Below are positions 38,302-51,735 of a stretch of DNA of 64,000 nt, piece after piece. The notes under the pieces are model-generated. The model was not told the DNA's origin. It searched no databases and saw only the letters and a list, made by a program, of their open reading frames with translations. A program made the position numbers and the translations under genes. Each line of letters opens with the position of its first letter. Positions within the stretch are counted from its first letter, which is position 1. Location: positions 32,860,001 through 32,924,000 of the forward strand of contig NC_043001.1 in NCBI RefSeq assembly GCF_006345805.1, given 5' to 3'. This DNA comes from Octopus sinensis. Its lineage: Eukaryota.

Positions 38302-38485
38302 GGCGTTGGAGTGGCTGTGTGGTAAGTAGCTTGCTTACGAACCACATGGTTCCGGGTTCAGTCCCACTGCGTGGCACCTAGGGCAAGTGTCTTCTACTAT
38401 AGCCTCGGGCCGATCAAAGCCTTGTGAGTAGATTTGGAAGACGGAAACTGAAAGAAGCCCGTCGTATATATGTATATATATATAT

Positions 38486-38574
<89 letters not shown>

Positions 38575-38582
38575 TATGTATA

Positions 38583-38633
<51 letters not shown>

Positions 38634-38925
38634 ATATATATATATATATATATTGTATATATATATATATATATAATATATATATGTATGTATGTGTATA
38701 TGTTGTGTGTGTCTGTGTTTGTTCCTCCAACATCGCTTGAGAACCGATGCTGGGATGATGTGGTGTTTACGTCCCCGTAACTTAGCGGTTCGGCTAAAGA
38801 GACCGATACAATAATTACTAGGCTTACAAAGGACAAGTCCTGGGATCGATTTGCTCGACTAAAGGCGATGCTCTACTAGCATGGCCACAGTCAAATGACT
38901 GAAACAGTAAAAGAGTAAAAGAGTA
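38302..38925 (+). mobile_element. SINE family B with expanded internal (TA)n
   Basis: Full head, core and tail ending gtaaaagagtaaaagagt. Confidence 0.9.
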
Positions 38926-39894
38926 CAATTTTTAGTGTATTCTTATATATAATAATATATATATAATATTATATTATATATATATATATATATGATATAT
39001 ATATATATATGCGTGTGTGTATGAATGTATATATACATTGCAAATACATCACTAGTGAATCTGCAGTTACTGCAAAAACTAATTTTATACATCATACTAA
39101 CCCACTTTTGAACAACAGCATAAGGTTCTTTGCGTTAACAGGAATTCTTGTCAGCCTGACGCCGGGCTTCACAGTTACAGCACACCGAGCGTTATGTCTA
39201 TTCCCATATGTTTTGTTTAATGATCCTAATATAAAATCAATATCTAACATCCATTTGTAAACCACCTTATTGAATAAAACTTATATGGAAAATAAAATGT
39301 TTTACATTCATTTCAATAAATCCATTTTCCTGTATTTTCACAAATCTCGTAAAATAAAAAAAAAATAGTTAACCTCAATAACTCTTTTATCATATAATCT
39401 TTATCCGTCTCAATATTTTATAAGTTCTCTATTTTTTGCGTTTAGCCTTTTTTTTTTTTTTTATTCTTTTTTTTTTTTTTCTCTTCTTCTGAAACTGAGG
39501 AAAAATAAAGGTTATAGAATCAAAACAAAAGATAATTGAATTTGTCTCCCGAAACGGAATTCAGTTTTTCTTCGTCGGTCAATCCTACTGTGTGATTTAT
39601 CCTCTGTTTCCATTTTTATTTTTGTATTATATATATTATTATATATATATATATATGCATATATATGTATACATATGTATGTATATATATGTATATACAC
39701 ATATATATATAGACACACATATATATGTATATGTATATATATATATATTCATATATAGAATATAACATATTATATACATATATACACACACATGTATAGA
39801 AACTCACACACATATGTATATAGACGATTTCCCGAGCGTTAAACTAATACATTTGTTTGTTGTTTACACACCCGACTTCGTCTTTTGTTTTTTG

Positions 39895-39927
<33 letters not shown>

Positions 39928-39933
39928 ATATAT

Positions 39934-39984
<51 letters not shown>

Positions 39985-40012
39985 ATATGTGTGTGTATGT
40001 GTGTGTGTGTGT

Positions 40013-40130
40013 AGGCGCAAGAGTGGCTGTGTGGTAAGAAGCTTGCTTCCAAACTACATGGTTCCGGGTTCAGCCCTACTGTGTGGCAGCCTGGACAAGT
40101 GTCTTCGACTATAGCCTCGGGCGGATCAAA
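40013..40130 (+). mobile_element. SINE family B, 5' part only
   Basis: aggcgcaagagtggctgtgtggtaag...ctatagcctcgggc. Confidence 0.85.
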
Positions 40131-40154
40131 TCCTTCTGTCGATCATAATATGTG

Positions 40155-40186
<32 letters not shown>

Positions 40187-40499
40187 ATACGTACATGCAC
40201 AAACATTGTGTATGTGAAGAAATGATATCTCATTGTCAAATGAAAAAATACCTCTTCAAATGGTATTGGACTTATTTTCATTCACTTCCTTTTACAATAC
40301 ACATTCTTAAAAAGAAGAGAGCCCATTTAATTTAAAATAAATTAAAATATTCATACTCCAGTAAGCAAAATTAAGCACTTAATCCGAAAAGATAAAGAAA
40401 TGAAGCAAAAGTAAAGTAGAATAGACGAAAAGGTGGCAGAATGAAAACGAGGCTTGCATTATTTTAGCTTTCAAGGCGATGAAGCTAGCGTAGCGTTAC

Positions 40500-41000
40500 T
40501 TTGTTAAAGCTATTTCTTAACAGCTCTGAATATACAGCCTTGACACAATTTCAATGGAATTCCATTCCAAACGAAATATTCAACAAAATTAATAATTTTA
40601 TGTATGGTAAGGTTCTAAACAGATTTGACAATGATTGATATTTTAACGTGGAGCTACCAATTGTATCTAGGAAGAGAATGGAAATATGGGAACAAAACAT
40701 CCAATCGAACTGATCCCAAGCTGCGCTTTATTTTGTTAATGTAATTTTCTGTTTGGCCTTTTGATAACCTAGAAAAATCCAGGTTAAATTTATTGATCAA
40801 TTTTTCTAAGGCTTTTGATACTCAAGGTTCTTGTTTAGCTGATGTGATGACCAATGCCACATTTGTTATTTGCGATACTATAATTATGGTCTCTTTGTTA
40901 TACAGAATTGCAGTCTTCAAAGCAACCGGAAATCGATCATTCTTCGAGCATTTCCTCATTGTTTTAGTTTTTGTACTTCAGCTATTCGGATCAGCGCACT
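40500..41000 (+). mobile_element. Very decayed CR1/L2/Jockey-group RT fragment
   Basis: MYGKVLNRF near 40600 and LINFSKAFDT near 40795 (xDFSKAFDxV motif). Confidence 0.4.
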
Positions 41001-41252
41001 CATCACACACGTTTCCACCCATTGGATGAGTAGGCATTTTTAATAAGCTACCATGAACAGGGTTTTCCTTTATGCTTCGTTTTTGTTAAAGCTCGTGTAA
41101 AATAAATAAATACATGATCAGACATAAACGAAATGAAAGAAGGAGAATAATACTATATTACATGTAATCCTTTTAAAATAGCTAGTTACTAGAAACTGCG
41201 TCCGAACGATGGATAAAAGCATTTGCATTAGTAGATTACTTACGTAATAGAG

Positions 41253-41727
41253 TGGAGGAGCGTGGCTTAGTGCTTAGGGTGTCAGCAAAATGATCGCAAG
41301 ATTGTGGTTTCGATTCCTAGAATTGGCGACGCGTTGTGTTCTTGAACAAAACACTTTATTTCACGTTGCTCCAGTCCACTCAGCTGGCAAAAATGAGTCA
41401 CGCTGCGATGGACTGGGGTCCCGTGCAGCTGGGGAACACATACGCCATTGAAACTGGGAAACCGGGCCTATGAGCCTGCCTAGGCTTTAAAAGGGTGCAT
41501 TTATTTTTATATTTGTAGAGGTGCGTGGCTTAGTGGTTAGGGTGTCAGCAAAATGATCTCAAGATTGTGGTTTCGATTCCTGGACCGGGCGACGTGTTGT
41601 GTTCTTGAGCAAAACACTTCATTTCACGTTGCTCCAGTCCACTCAGCTGGCAAAAATGAGTAACGCCGCGATGGACTGGGGTCCCGTCCAGCTAGGGAAC
41701 ACATACGCCATTGAAACCGGGGAAGGT
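41253..41727 (+). mobile_element. Tandem pair of group C SINEs (41253-41505 full, 41516-41727 3'-truncated)
   Basis: gcgtggcttagtg.ttagggtgtcagc...ggtttcgattcc...ttgctccagtccactcagctggcaaaaatgagt...gcgatggactggggtcccgt. Confidence 0.9.
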
Positions 41728-41847
41728 GACGAAATGTCGTGCGAAATGTGGTTATGTCTTTTATGATGCCGAGGTCGAATCTTGTCGAGGTCCACTTTGC
41801 CTTTTACTCTTCATGGACCTAAGAAATTATGACCAGAGATGTATGTT

Positions 41848-42142
41848 CCTTCTCGAGCCATGCCTGGCTCATAGGGCCGGTTTCCCGGTTTTCTTGACGT
41901 ATAGGATTCCCCGCCTGGACGGGACACCGGTCCGTCGCAGGTGACCTGCAAGATGCAGGAGGAAAGAGTGAGAGAAAGTAGTGGTGAAAGAGTCAGCAGA
42001 TGTTCACCATTACCTTCTGACGAAGCCGCGTGGAGCTTAGGTGTTTCGCTCATAAACACAAACATCGCCCGGTCTGAGATTCGAACCCGCGATCCCTCGA
42101 CCGCGAGTCCGCTGCTCTAACCATTAGGCCACGTGCATCCAC
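41848..42142 (-). mobile_element. tRNA-derived SINE, group C relative with different middle
   Basis: Minus head gtggcctaatggttagagcagcggactcgcgg...ggttcgaatc; tail shares ccgggaaaccggccctatgagcc with 41460. Confidence 0.8.
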
Positions 42143-42649
42143 GACCAGAGATGTAGGGGCTGTTATTTAATTAGTTATACAAACCACTTTAACAAGTTAT
42201 TTAATTAGTTATATACAACTAATTTAATTAGTTATACAACCCCCTTAAATAATTTATGACATTGGGCAAAACCGTCAGAGAATCTGAACTTGCAATATTT
42301 CGTCCCGCTCTTTCCACTCTAAATTCAAATCCCACTGAGGGCTGTTTTTATCTGTTATCTCTCCAAGGTTTACTAAAACAAAGCACCGGAATGGATGTTA
42401 TCCGCTAACGCCTTCCCTTATGATTATTGGCCTTGTGCCAAAATTTGAAATAGTTACTTCGGCTAAAGAATACCAGAAGAAATGCATTAATGTTAGATAA
42501 TAACGCCGAACATCCTAAATCTTGACATGTAATAAAAGCAGCTACAGAAATCGACAGAGAAGTAAATTTAGTTTCATATTCTCGTAATGAGTCAAATCTA
42601 ATTTTTTACTTGAATTATTCGAAGACTCAAATAGAAATTGTGATTTCAA

Positions 42650-43230
42650 AACTTTGGCACAAGGCCAATAATTTCGTGGCGGGGCGATGTGAAGTCGATC
42701 ACACTGACCCCAGTATTTAACTGGTACCTAATTTATTGACTCCCCGAAAGGATGAAAGGGAAAATCGACCTCGACGGTATTTCAACTCAGAACGAAAAGA
42801 CGGACGAAATACCTATTTCATTACTACCCACAAGGGGCTAAACACAGAGAGGACAAACAAGGACAGACAATCGAATTAAGTCGATTACATTGACCCCAGT
42901 GCGTAACTGGTACTTAATTTATCGACCCCGAAAGGATGAAAGGCAAAGTCGACCTCGGCGGAATTTGAACTCAGAACGTAGCGGCAGACAAAATACCTAT
43001 TTCTTTACAACCCACAAGGGGCTACACACAGACGGGACAAACAAGGACAGACAATCGAATTAAGTCGATTACATTGACCCCAGTGCGTAACTGGTACTTA
43101 ATTTATCGACCCCGAAAGGATGAAAGGTAAAGTCGACCTCGGTCGGAATTTGAACTCAGAACGTAACGGCAGACGAAATACGGCTACGCATTTCGCCCGG
43201 CGTGCTAACGTTTCAGCCAGCTCGCCGCCT
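42650..43230 (-). mobile_element. SINE family A trimer (184-bp period; two young A1 units on an older A2 unit)
   Basis: acctatttc at 42811 and 42995; third unit diverged with ggccttgtgccaaa tail. Confidence 0.92.
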
Positions 43231-44199
43231 TAACTCAAATAGAAATATTACCTTAAATTAAATGCCTTGATTTTGTGAAGACTGTTATTGTAATAAATCC
43301 CTGCGTTTTATGACTGCAAAGTTATCGTCTGGAAATTTTAATTTTATTCCGCCATTTTAAGTTTGTATTAACTTTCAATAAGTCTTACTCAAAACATTCT
43401 TTTCTCCAAGCAAGATAAGTTGTCGCATGGAGAAAAATGAACAGTAGCTTGCAACAGGTGTCCAAATTTACATCTTTAAAAACATTCATCTTGCCACCCA
43501 CAGTTTGCGTGACAGATGGTCTAATTCGACAATGTATTCGATTAACTCTCTTAGGAATAAATTTTAAACCCACCTCCGTGAGCGCACGCACACACATGCC
43601 CAAACACAGACACACACACAAACGTATGCGCGCAAGCGTATATATATATCTTGATGGTGGTGGTAGTAGTGGTGATATTGGTGACATTAGATCTTGAATG
43701 AGCTCTAGCGCTGGCGGCGTGACATACTGTGTGTCGTAGACATAATTCAAATTTAAAAAGTCCGCTGTTTTCAGAGAGAAAACACAAAAGAAGAAGAAGA
43801 AGAAGAGCTAAGTTTATGACTGAATATTGCTTTAGTTATTTCGCTTAACATATTAAAACAATGAAGAAATGGTTCGATCTTATTATAGACCACTTATATG
43901 CCATCATTCGTATACAATGTTTACATATGTGCATGAAGGTGCGCGTTCGCTTGAATACTTGTGTGTGTGTGTCTGTGTGTGTGTGTGTGTGTGCGAGCGT
44001 ATGTAAAAGTATACGACCGTATGTGAGTATCGTTGCTGTGAGGAAGACTACTTAAGAATTATACTAATTAAGAATTCTTGGGCGCAATAATCAGACGAGG
44101 CTGGTCTCTTTAATTAAGTTATATCTATTAAAGGGAGATTTTCAGAATATGAAATAACGCATGGTTATTGGTGTAAAATCATGATACTTGTCCATCAAA

Positions 44200-45174
44200 A
44201 AAAGACGGAAGAATCGCCGCTAAGCATTTTGCCCGGCCCGGTAACGATTCTGCCATCTCGCTGCATTACGCTTGATAAATGTTTCTTTCAGTATTCCTTT
44301 CTACTATAGACACAAGGCCGACAGTTTTGAGAGAACGAGCAGATCGCTTACATCAATTCCAGTGCTTGGCTGGCATTTATTTCCTCGATCCTAAAAGGAT
44401 GAAATACAAAGTCGAACTTGGTGGAATTAGAACTCAGAACGTAAAGACGGGCTCGATGTCATTAAGCATTATACCTGGGGTGCTAACAATTCTGCTTGCT
44501 CGCTGCCTTACGCATGATATTCTTTTCTATTCTAGGCACAAGGCCCGGAATTTTGTGGGAGGGTGCCAGTTGATCAGCTCGATCCCAGTATGCAACTGGT
44601 GTTTAAATTATCGAATCTGAAAGGATGAAAGGCAAAGTCGACCTCGGCGGAATTTGAACTCAGAACGTAAAGAGAAACGAAATACCGGTAAGCATTTCGC
44701 CCGGCGTGCTAACGTTTCTACCAACTCGCTGCCTTAATGGTGCAGAAATATTCTTTTTTAATCTAGGCACAAGGCCCGACATTTTGGGGAGAGGGGCCAG
44801 TCGATTAGATCGACGTCAGTACGAAACAGGTACTTAAATTATCGATCCCCAAAGGAAGAAAGGCAAAGTCGACCTCGGCGGAATTTGAACTCAGAACATA
44901 AAGACAGACGTAAGCATTTCGCCCGGCGTGTTAACGATTTTTATTTCTTTACTGCCCACAAGGGGCTAAACATAGAGGGGACAAACAAGGACAGACAAAA
45001 GGATTAAGTCGATTACATCGACCCCAGTGCATAACTGGTACCTATTTAATCGACCCCGAAAGGATGAAAGGCAAAGTCGACCTCGGTGGAATTTGAACTC
45101 AGAACGTAACGGCAGACGAAATACGGCTACGCATTTCGCCTGGCGTGCTAACATTTCTGCCAGCTCGCCGCCTT
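44200..45174 (-). mobile_element. Cluster of about five family A SINEs; 44753-45174 heterodimer flanked by a ~17-bp duplication
   Basis: aatggtgcaga(a/t)atatt at ~44736-44752 and ~45175-45191. Confidence 0.9.
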
Positions 45175-45713
45175 AATGGTGCAGATATATTGCTGTTATA
45201 CTGATACATTCAGAGTAATATAAGTGGAAATCTAGAATAAATTTGTCTTTAAATTAGAATACACTAAAAATAATAACGTAACAGAGAAAGCAGAAAATTA
45301 TTTTTCTTGCTTTAAACCTGGAAAGAAATGTCGTAAAATATCGATCGAGTATACCATAAAGTTGACAGATTATTTCTCTATAAGAAGCTAATTTATTGGA
45401 CATGTTAATATTTAGAAAGAAAATAAACATTGATGCGGTAAAGATTAAATCAAAATTAGACGTTAATTAGATGCATAGTTACACATACATAATTATGAGT
45501 AATATATGAATATGTAAACGCAAGTATGATTTTTAACGTCGCATTTCCTCCAAGAAAAAAAAATTACAACATAGCAGCTTTAGTGGAAAACTTTACACAA
45601 TTATTAACGAGACACACTTTGTTCTGACATCCATTAAAGTAACAGTCTATCTCTGCCAAAATCAAAGGTGACAACATGAACTCTTATCGCTCATATTATT
45701 CATATGTACACAC

Positions 45714-45764
<51 letters not shown>

Positions 45765-45797
45765 TCTGCTTTTTAAATTAGAATACATACATATATG

Positions 45798-45850
<53 letters not shown>

Positions 45851-46095
45851 AACGTATGCGTGTATATTCCCAAGCTAAGCAGACTATATTTCCGCTTAGT
45901 AACAGGCGGGAAATTTCAAAAGAACCAATTTCATTGCGCATTTATGAGAAATTCGGTCAGACGAAGATTTTGAGCTTCGATAGACCTTCCCACATACACG
46001 CACGCACACACACACACACACACACACATCTACGCACATGCACAAATGCCACATCCCCTACACTTCCACACCAACGGTAAATGAATGCACAGACG

Positions 46096-46127
<32 letters not shown>

Positions 46128-47940
46128 CATACATACATACATACATACATACATACATACGTACGTACGTACATGTGTTTGTATTAAGTATTTACGTGGG
46201 AAGACCTATTGCAATTGTATAGATTTAATGATTGAACATGTGCTCATCTATTGTCTACATCCGGGATTTGTGACAGCAATTTGACTATTCTACCCACTGT
46301 GTGTGTAGTTCTTACAATCGTCTCACAATAAAGGAAAGGTTTCCCGCTGAGAATATTTCCGACTTTCATATTTTCGACTGATATCAATCACTCTCACACT
46401 TTTTCTATTTACTTATTGCTTATGCAGAATCACTTGCTAAGCATATATTTTGTGTAAATATAGAATGTATATGAGTTAATATATATGTATCTGCTTCTAT
46501 TTCCTTGTATGCATGATCGCGCGTTTAAGCGCGTATATATCTTTGTAGATTTAATGTGTTGATATGAACAGTGATATAAATATATCTATTCAACCGTCTG
46601 CCACTAGTTTAAGCTTCACGAAAGCTCAGTCAGACAGCCATGGTTATTGTAATGTAAAACATGCATTAATTCAAGATGGCACCGATACCTATCTTTTCCA
46701 ATACTTAGCAAAATCCACGTAAGTCACTCGAAAACGACAATAATCAACAAATAAAGAAAGGAGCATTTTTGTTAAGACGAAAGAGCTGAATTTAACTTGA
46801 ATGTAAAATTCGACGCTTATTTTAAAATTTACCACAGTTTTCCGGTCAGACGAGGATTTTGAGCTTCGATAGCCGACACACACACAAACGGACTGATAGA
46901 CGCACACACAGACAGATAAACACACACACAAACAGACAGAGAGAGACACACACAAACAGACAGATACACATACACACATATATTTACCCACATGCACAAA
47001 CATCACACCACCTACACTTCTACACAAACAGATAATTCAAACACTACAGCTTCAATCCATTATAAGAATTGTAAAAATCTGTAAAACTTTCCAGAAGTTT
47101 ATCATTTAAATATATAGATATGTCTAGATATGCAACAATATGCATGAGAATACACACATAAAGCAAAACATACAAATCTGCACACATACATACATACATA
47201 CATACATACATACATACATACATACATACATACATACATACATACATACATACATACATACATACAAAATACCCTGTTGTTGATGATGAAATTCCAATGA
47301 AGGAGCCTTGAATCTAGTTTAGAAACCGACTCTTTCTCTATTGGCAAGAAATCTTGAAATAAACTGAACAATGACATACATATAAATATATTTATTCAGA
47401 CGTGTGTCACTATAAGTTCCACGAAGGCTCAAGCAAGCGGTTATGGTTGTTATAACGTAAACATTGAGCGCATAATAACATATCTTTTTAAAGAGTTGAC
47501 TGTATTTGTTTTGTTAGTAATAGTCTATATTTAATCCAAATTTCATTTTTCCCTAAGGTGTTGAATCTCTTTCTACAACAAGTGTTAGTTATAATTTCAA
47601 CTGGTTTTGTGTGGTTAAATATTCTTGTACAGGTATATGGTTGATAGCTTGAAGTACTTATCTATATAAATGAAGATTGAACGAGTAGGTGTTTTTATTC
47701 TCTCTCTCAGTTGCACGTATTTGAGGATTGCTATTCCTATCACGTAATTACTTCACTTTATCAGAGATCGCTTTTTCTGTCTTTTAGGATCATTATGTAT
47801 TTCGAAGGGAAGTAGAATTACACTTACAGTAAATATACCGCCTGTATGTTATTTAAAGTTGTTCTCGATTAGCCTCTTATAATGAAAGTCTTTACATTAC
47901 GTCCCACCATGCCGATGCATCTAGAAAGCAGCGTGAAAAA

Positions 47941-48205
47941 AAGGCGGCGAGCTGGCAGAAACGTTAGCACACTGGACAAAATGCTTAGATGTATTTCGCC
48001 CGTCGCTACGTACTGAGTTCAAATTCCGCCGAGGTCGACTTAGCCTTTCATCCTTTCGGGGTCGATAAATTAAGTACCAATTACGCACTGGGGTTGATGT
48101 ATTCGACTTAATCCGTTTGTCTGTCCTTGTTTGACCTCTCTGTGTCTAGCCCCTTGTGGGTAGTAAAGAAATACGTATTTCGCCTGTCGTTACGTCCCGA
48201 GTTCA
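47941..48205 (+). mobile_element. SINE family A monomer plus partial second body
   Basis: Head, body, A1 tail, then gtatttcgcctgtcgttacgtcccgagttcaaat. Confidence 0.9.
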
Positions 48206-48709
48206 AATGTTAGTAGTCTAGTGAAGAACCTCACCAATTGTTTTCCACTGCGGCAGTATAATTTGGTAAAGATTTTGGTATTATTTTCAAACATTTTCTA
48301 AAATTATTTCTGGGAGTCGACACACTTTTTCGAACCCCATATATATAGTACTTGTAGATACCTAGTGACAGACATACTTTTAGGGTAAAACAATGTAGAC
48401 AATGTATTATATTGGTTTAAAATTTTGACATAAGGCCAATAATTTCGGGTGAGGGGTCAAGTCGATTACATGAAACCCCTGAGTTCAATCGGTATTTTTT
48501 TATCGACCCCGAAAGAATGAAAGGTAAAGTTGACCTCGGTAGAATTTGAACTCAGATCGTATTGACGGACAAATTGCCTTGTGTGCTAACTGTTCTGCCG
48601 ATTCGCTACCTTATACATGTGCGTAGTATTCCTGCTATGATAGCACTCTTTGAGAGCATATGTAAAGATTTAAGTTAGATTTTATGAAGATTTTATTTTT
48701 CGAACAGTA

Positions 48710-49124
48710 AGGCAGCGAGCTGGCAGAATCGCTAGCACGCCGGGTGAAATGTGTAACGGTGTTTCTTCAGTCATTACGTTCTGAGTTCAAATTCCACTGA
48801 GGTCGACTTTGCCTTTCATCCTTGCGAGGCCGATAAATTAAGTACCAGTTACGCACTGGGCAATCTAATCGACTTAATCCCTTTGTCTGTCCTTGTTTGT
48901 ACCCTCTATGTGGGCATTAAAGAAATAAGAATAGCACGCCGGGCGAAATGCGTACCGGTGTTTCTTCTGTCATTACGTTCTGAGTTCAAATTCCACCGAG
49001 GTCGACTTTGCCTTTCATCCTTTCGGGGTCGATAAACTAAGTACCAGTTGCGTACTGGAGTCGATCTAATCGACTGGGCCCCTCCCCAAAAATTTCGGAT
49101 CTTGTGCCTATAGTAAAAAAGAAC
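48710..49124 (+). mobile_element. SINE family A heterodimer (A1 + A2) with perfect 15-bp TSD
   Basis: ATTTTTCGAACAGTA at 48695-48709 and 49125-49139. Confidence 0.92.
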
Positions 49125-49249
49125 ATTTTTCGAACAGTACCTCTCAGCTTCTGTAGTCCTCACACTCGACTTTCTTTTGGATTACTTGCACTATTCGTTC
49201 GTTGTACAGGACAAACATGTTAATTATAACATTTCATTTTTTTTTATCT

Positions 49250-50150
49250 CTGTCTTTTTTGTTTCCTAAATCCCATTTCCATACTTCTGCTTCACTTGTC
49301 ACTCTTGGTCCGTCATACACATGCTAACATGTCCCATATATTTTCAATTATGTTCAAACCTGGACTTCTCGCCGGCCATTCCAGTAGACTTATTTTCATG
49401 TTTTGCATCCATTCCTTGACTATTTTTGACAAGTGAATTCTACAGTTATACTCTTGGAGGATAAAATTATCTCTCATTTCTTTTCTAATACAAGGCAAGG
49501 CTGTCGTTAGCAACAGCTGGATGTAACTCATATTATTCTGCCTTCCTTTCGGTTACTCTAACCAAAATTATCCATTTGGAAAGAGCATGCCCATACTATT
49601 AGTTCACCGCTGCCAATCTGCATTTTCTTCAGCATCATTGGTTCACCTTTCCTTGACCAAGGGTACCATCTGTCAGTAAAAATTACTTTGGTAAAATCAA
49701 CAGTAGTTAACCATAATTTTGTGCAGTTTAATCTTGCCTTGTTTGTTTTTATTTTTTTGTTTTTGCTTAAATGAATTTCCCCCTTGGCCGTTCCATACTT
49801 GTATCCAATTTCCTTCAGCATCCTTTGAACTTTTCGAACATTTACATGTATTTCACATTTGTGCTTCACCTTCCGTGTCGTAACCTTTCTCCAGCTTCCC
49901 CAATTCAGGACACGGTCAGTTTCATTCGCCTTTGAGTTTTCTACCCAAGTGATTTTCCTTCCGCTTTTCTTTTTCCGGTTACAGTCGTTCTTTAAGATCC
50001 ATTCTACTGTAGGCTTCGAAATGTGAAAATCAACAAGTATTTACTCAGGCTTAGGCCATCTTCTCTTCCTCCGAACTACAAAAACATTTTTCCCTTGAAT
50101 GCATTTTCATCCGAAGAAAAGCTTTTCTCAAGTAAAGAAAGGTTTCTTGA
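49250..50150 (-). pseudogene. Decayed Tc1-family (DD34E-type) transposase
   Basis: KKKSGRK, VNVRKVQRML, KVIFTD, FILQEYNCRIH (QQDNAxxH), WPARSPGLNIIENIW (WPxxSPDLNPIExxW); frameshifted; paired TIRs not confirmed. Confidence 0.85.
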
Positions 50151-50324
50151 AGGACATTACTTATTGCACTGCTACTTCTGCTTGTGCATAAAAATGTTTG
50201 AAATCATTGTCCAAGGTGTTACTAAAGAAAGCACCCTGTTATATCCGAAAAATAACGTCGCATAATTTATATCTAAATATGCAAAGAAAAAATAACAATA
50301 ATACTAAAAAATGTTAGTATTTAT

Positions 50325-50465
50325 GTTCTGAGTTCAAATTCCGCCGAGGTCGATTTTGCCTTTCATCCTTTCGGGGTTGATAAATTAAGTACCAATTGCG
50401 TACTGGGGTCGATCTGATCGATTGGCTCCCTCTCAAAAAATTTCAGCCCTTGTGCCTAGAGTAGA
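50325..50465 (+). mobile_element. SINE family A, 5'-truncated, A2 tail
   Basis: ttctgagttcaaattccgccgaggtcg...ccttgtgcctagagtagaaa. Confidence 0.9.
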
Positions 50466-51094
50466 AAATAATATTTTATAATGTTTCAGTCGTATTGCTG
50501 TTGGTTTAGTTCTGGTGTATTTTTACTTAGCGTAGATCAAAAAGCAGGTGGTTCGCTGAAGTTATAAACAAGAGCTTTGTCACATTTTAGATTCCTTAAT
50601 CCGGGCTACTCCTGGCTGACGAAATACAATGATATCGAAATACCGTGCTAACGAATCGAGTGTGTTATGAGCACAAATTCGGCGCAAATAGTAGTTATCC
50701 TCTTATGATGAAAGACAACAGCGATTAGCATATTTACGTTCGAGACAGCCGGAACTATTGAGAATAAATAAGCATAGCATAGTTATCTTAATTTTGAGAC
50801 TTTATAAAATATAACTCATTCGAATTTATGATTAGTGCTAGTAGAATTTACATTTTATTTGAGTAATTTCTACAGAATTTTTTCGTCCGCTTTTAAGCTA
50901 AGAATTCAACATAAAATTTGGGTCTGTAATTTATTGTATTTTATATTGGCAGAAATAGGGTGTTCTAGTGGTAAATTCATTAGTGCGTCGAACAAGCGCC
51001 TTTAGGTTACTATTTTGATTCATTCTGCCCTAAGTTCAAATCCCACAGGAGTCAAATTTGCCTTTCATCCTTCTGGTTTCAATTAATGAGTATT

Positions 51095-51480
51095 ATTTTA
51101 CACAACGTTGAGGAGAGCGCAGGTTAGGTGAGCAGATCACCTTGTTTGAATGCCTGACACACAATTTCCCCAAAGACTGTTTTACAGCGAAATGGCAAGA
51201 AGGAAAGCGCACACAAATTGGACAGTAAAAAAAAACACTAAAAGCCTCACTGAAGTGCTTTCAGATCAACCCTGACACCTGGGAAATGCAAGCACAGGAC
51301 TACCGTGCCTGGCGCAGCCGCACCAACAGAGGTACCACCTCATACAAACATAGCAGGATCGCGTGGGCACAAAGAAAACGTGAGCGGCGAAAGTCTAGAG
51401 CCAACTCTTTGCATTCCCGGCAGCCCATCAACGCCCGGCTTGCGGCAGAGCCTTCGGAACACACCTCTGACTGATCTGTC
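51095..51480 (+). mobile_element. 3' fragment of an RTE-clade LINE
   Basis: LRRAQVR*ADHLV*MPD..RLFYSE..QEGKR..TLKASLKCFQINPDTWEMQAQDYRAWR..RKRERRKSRAN..[HQ]RPACGRAF. Confidence 0.85.
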
Positions 51481-51504
51481 TGTAATGGTTGTGGTGACTA
51501 TTGT

Positions 51505-51735
51505 ATGTAGTAGTAGTAGTAGCAGTAGTAGTAGTAGTGATGGTTGTCTTGACGTCTTTATGATGGTAGAGGTAGTGGTGTTGGGGATGTTTATGGTTGA
51601 AGTGAATGCGGGAGGTACACGCATGATATTGATTATAATACAGGGACGCATAGTGGCAGCAGCAGTAGTAGTAGTGGTAGTAGTAGTAGTAGTAGTAGTA
51701 GTAGCAGCAGTAGTAGTAGTAGTAGTAGTAATGAT
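51505..51735. repeat. (TAG)n/(GTG)n-rich simple repeat
   Basis: Direct reading. Confidence 0.9.

Noticed and set aside
42650-43230. 184-bp tandem units as a CRISPR-like array
   Set aside because: No unique spacers or cas genes; the units are SINE bodies in a eukaryotic context
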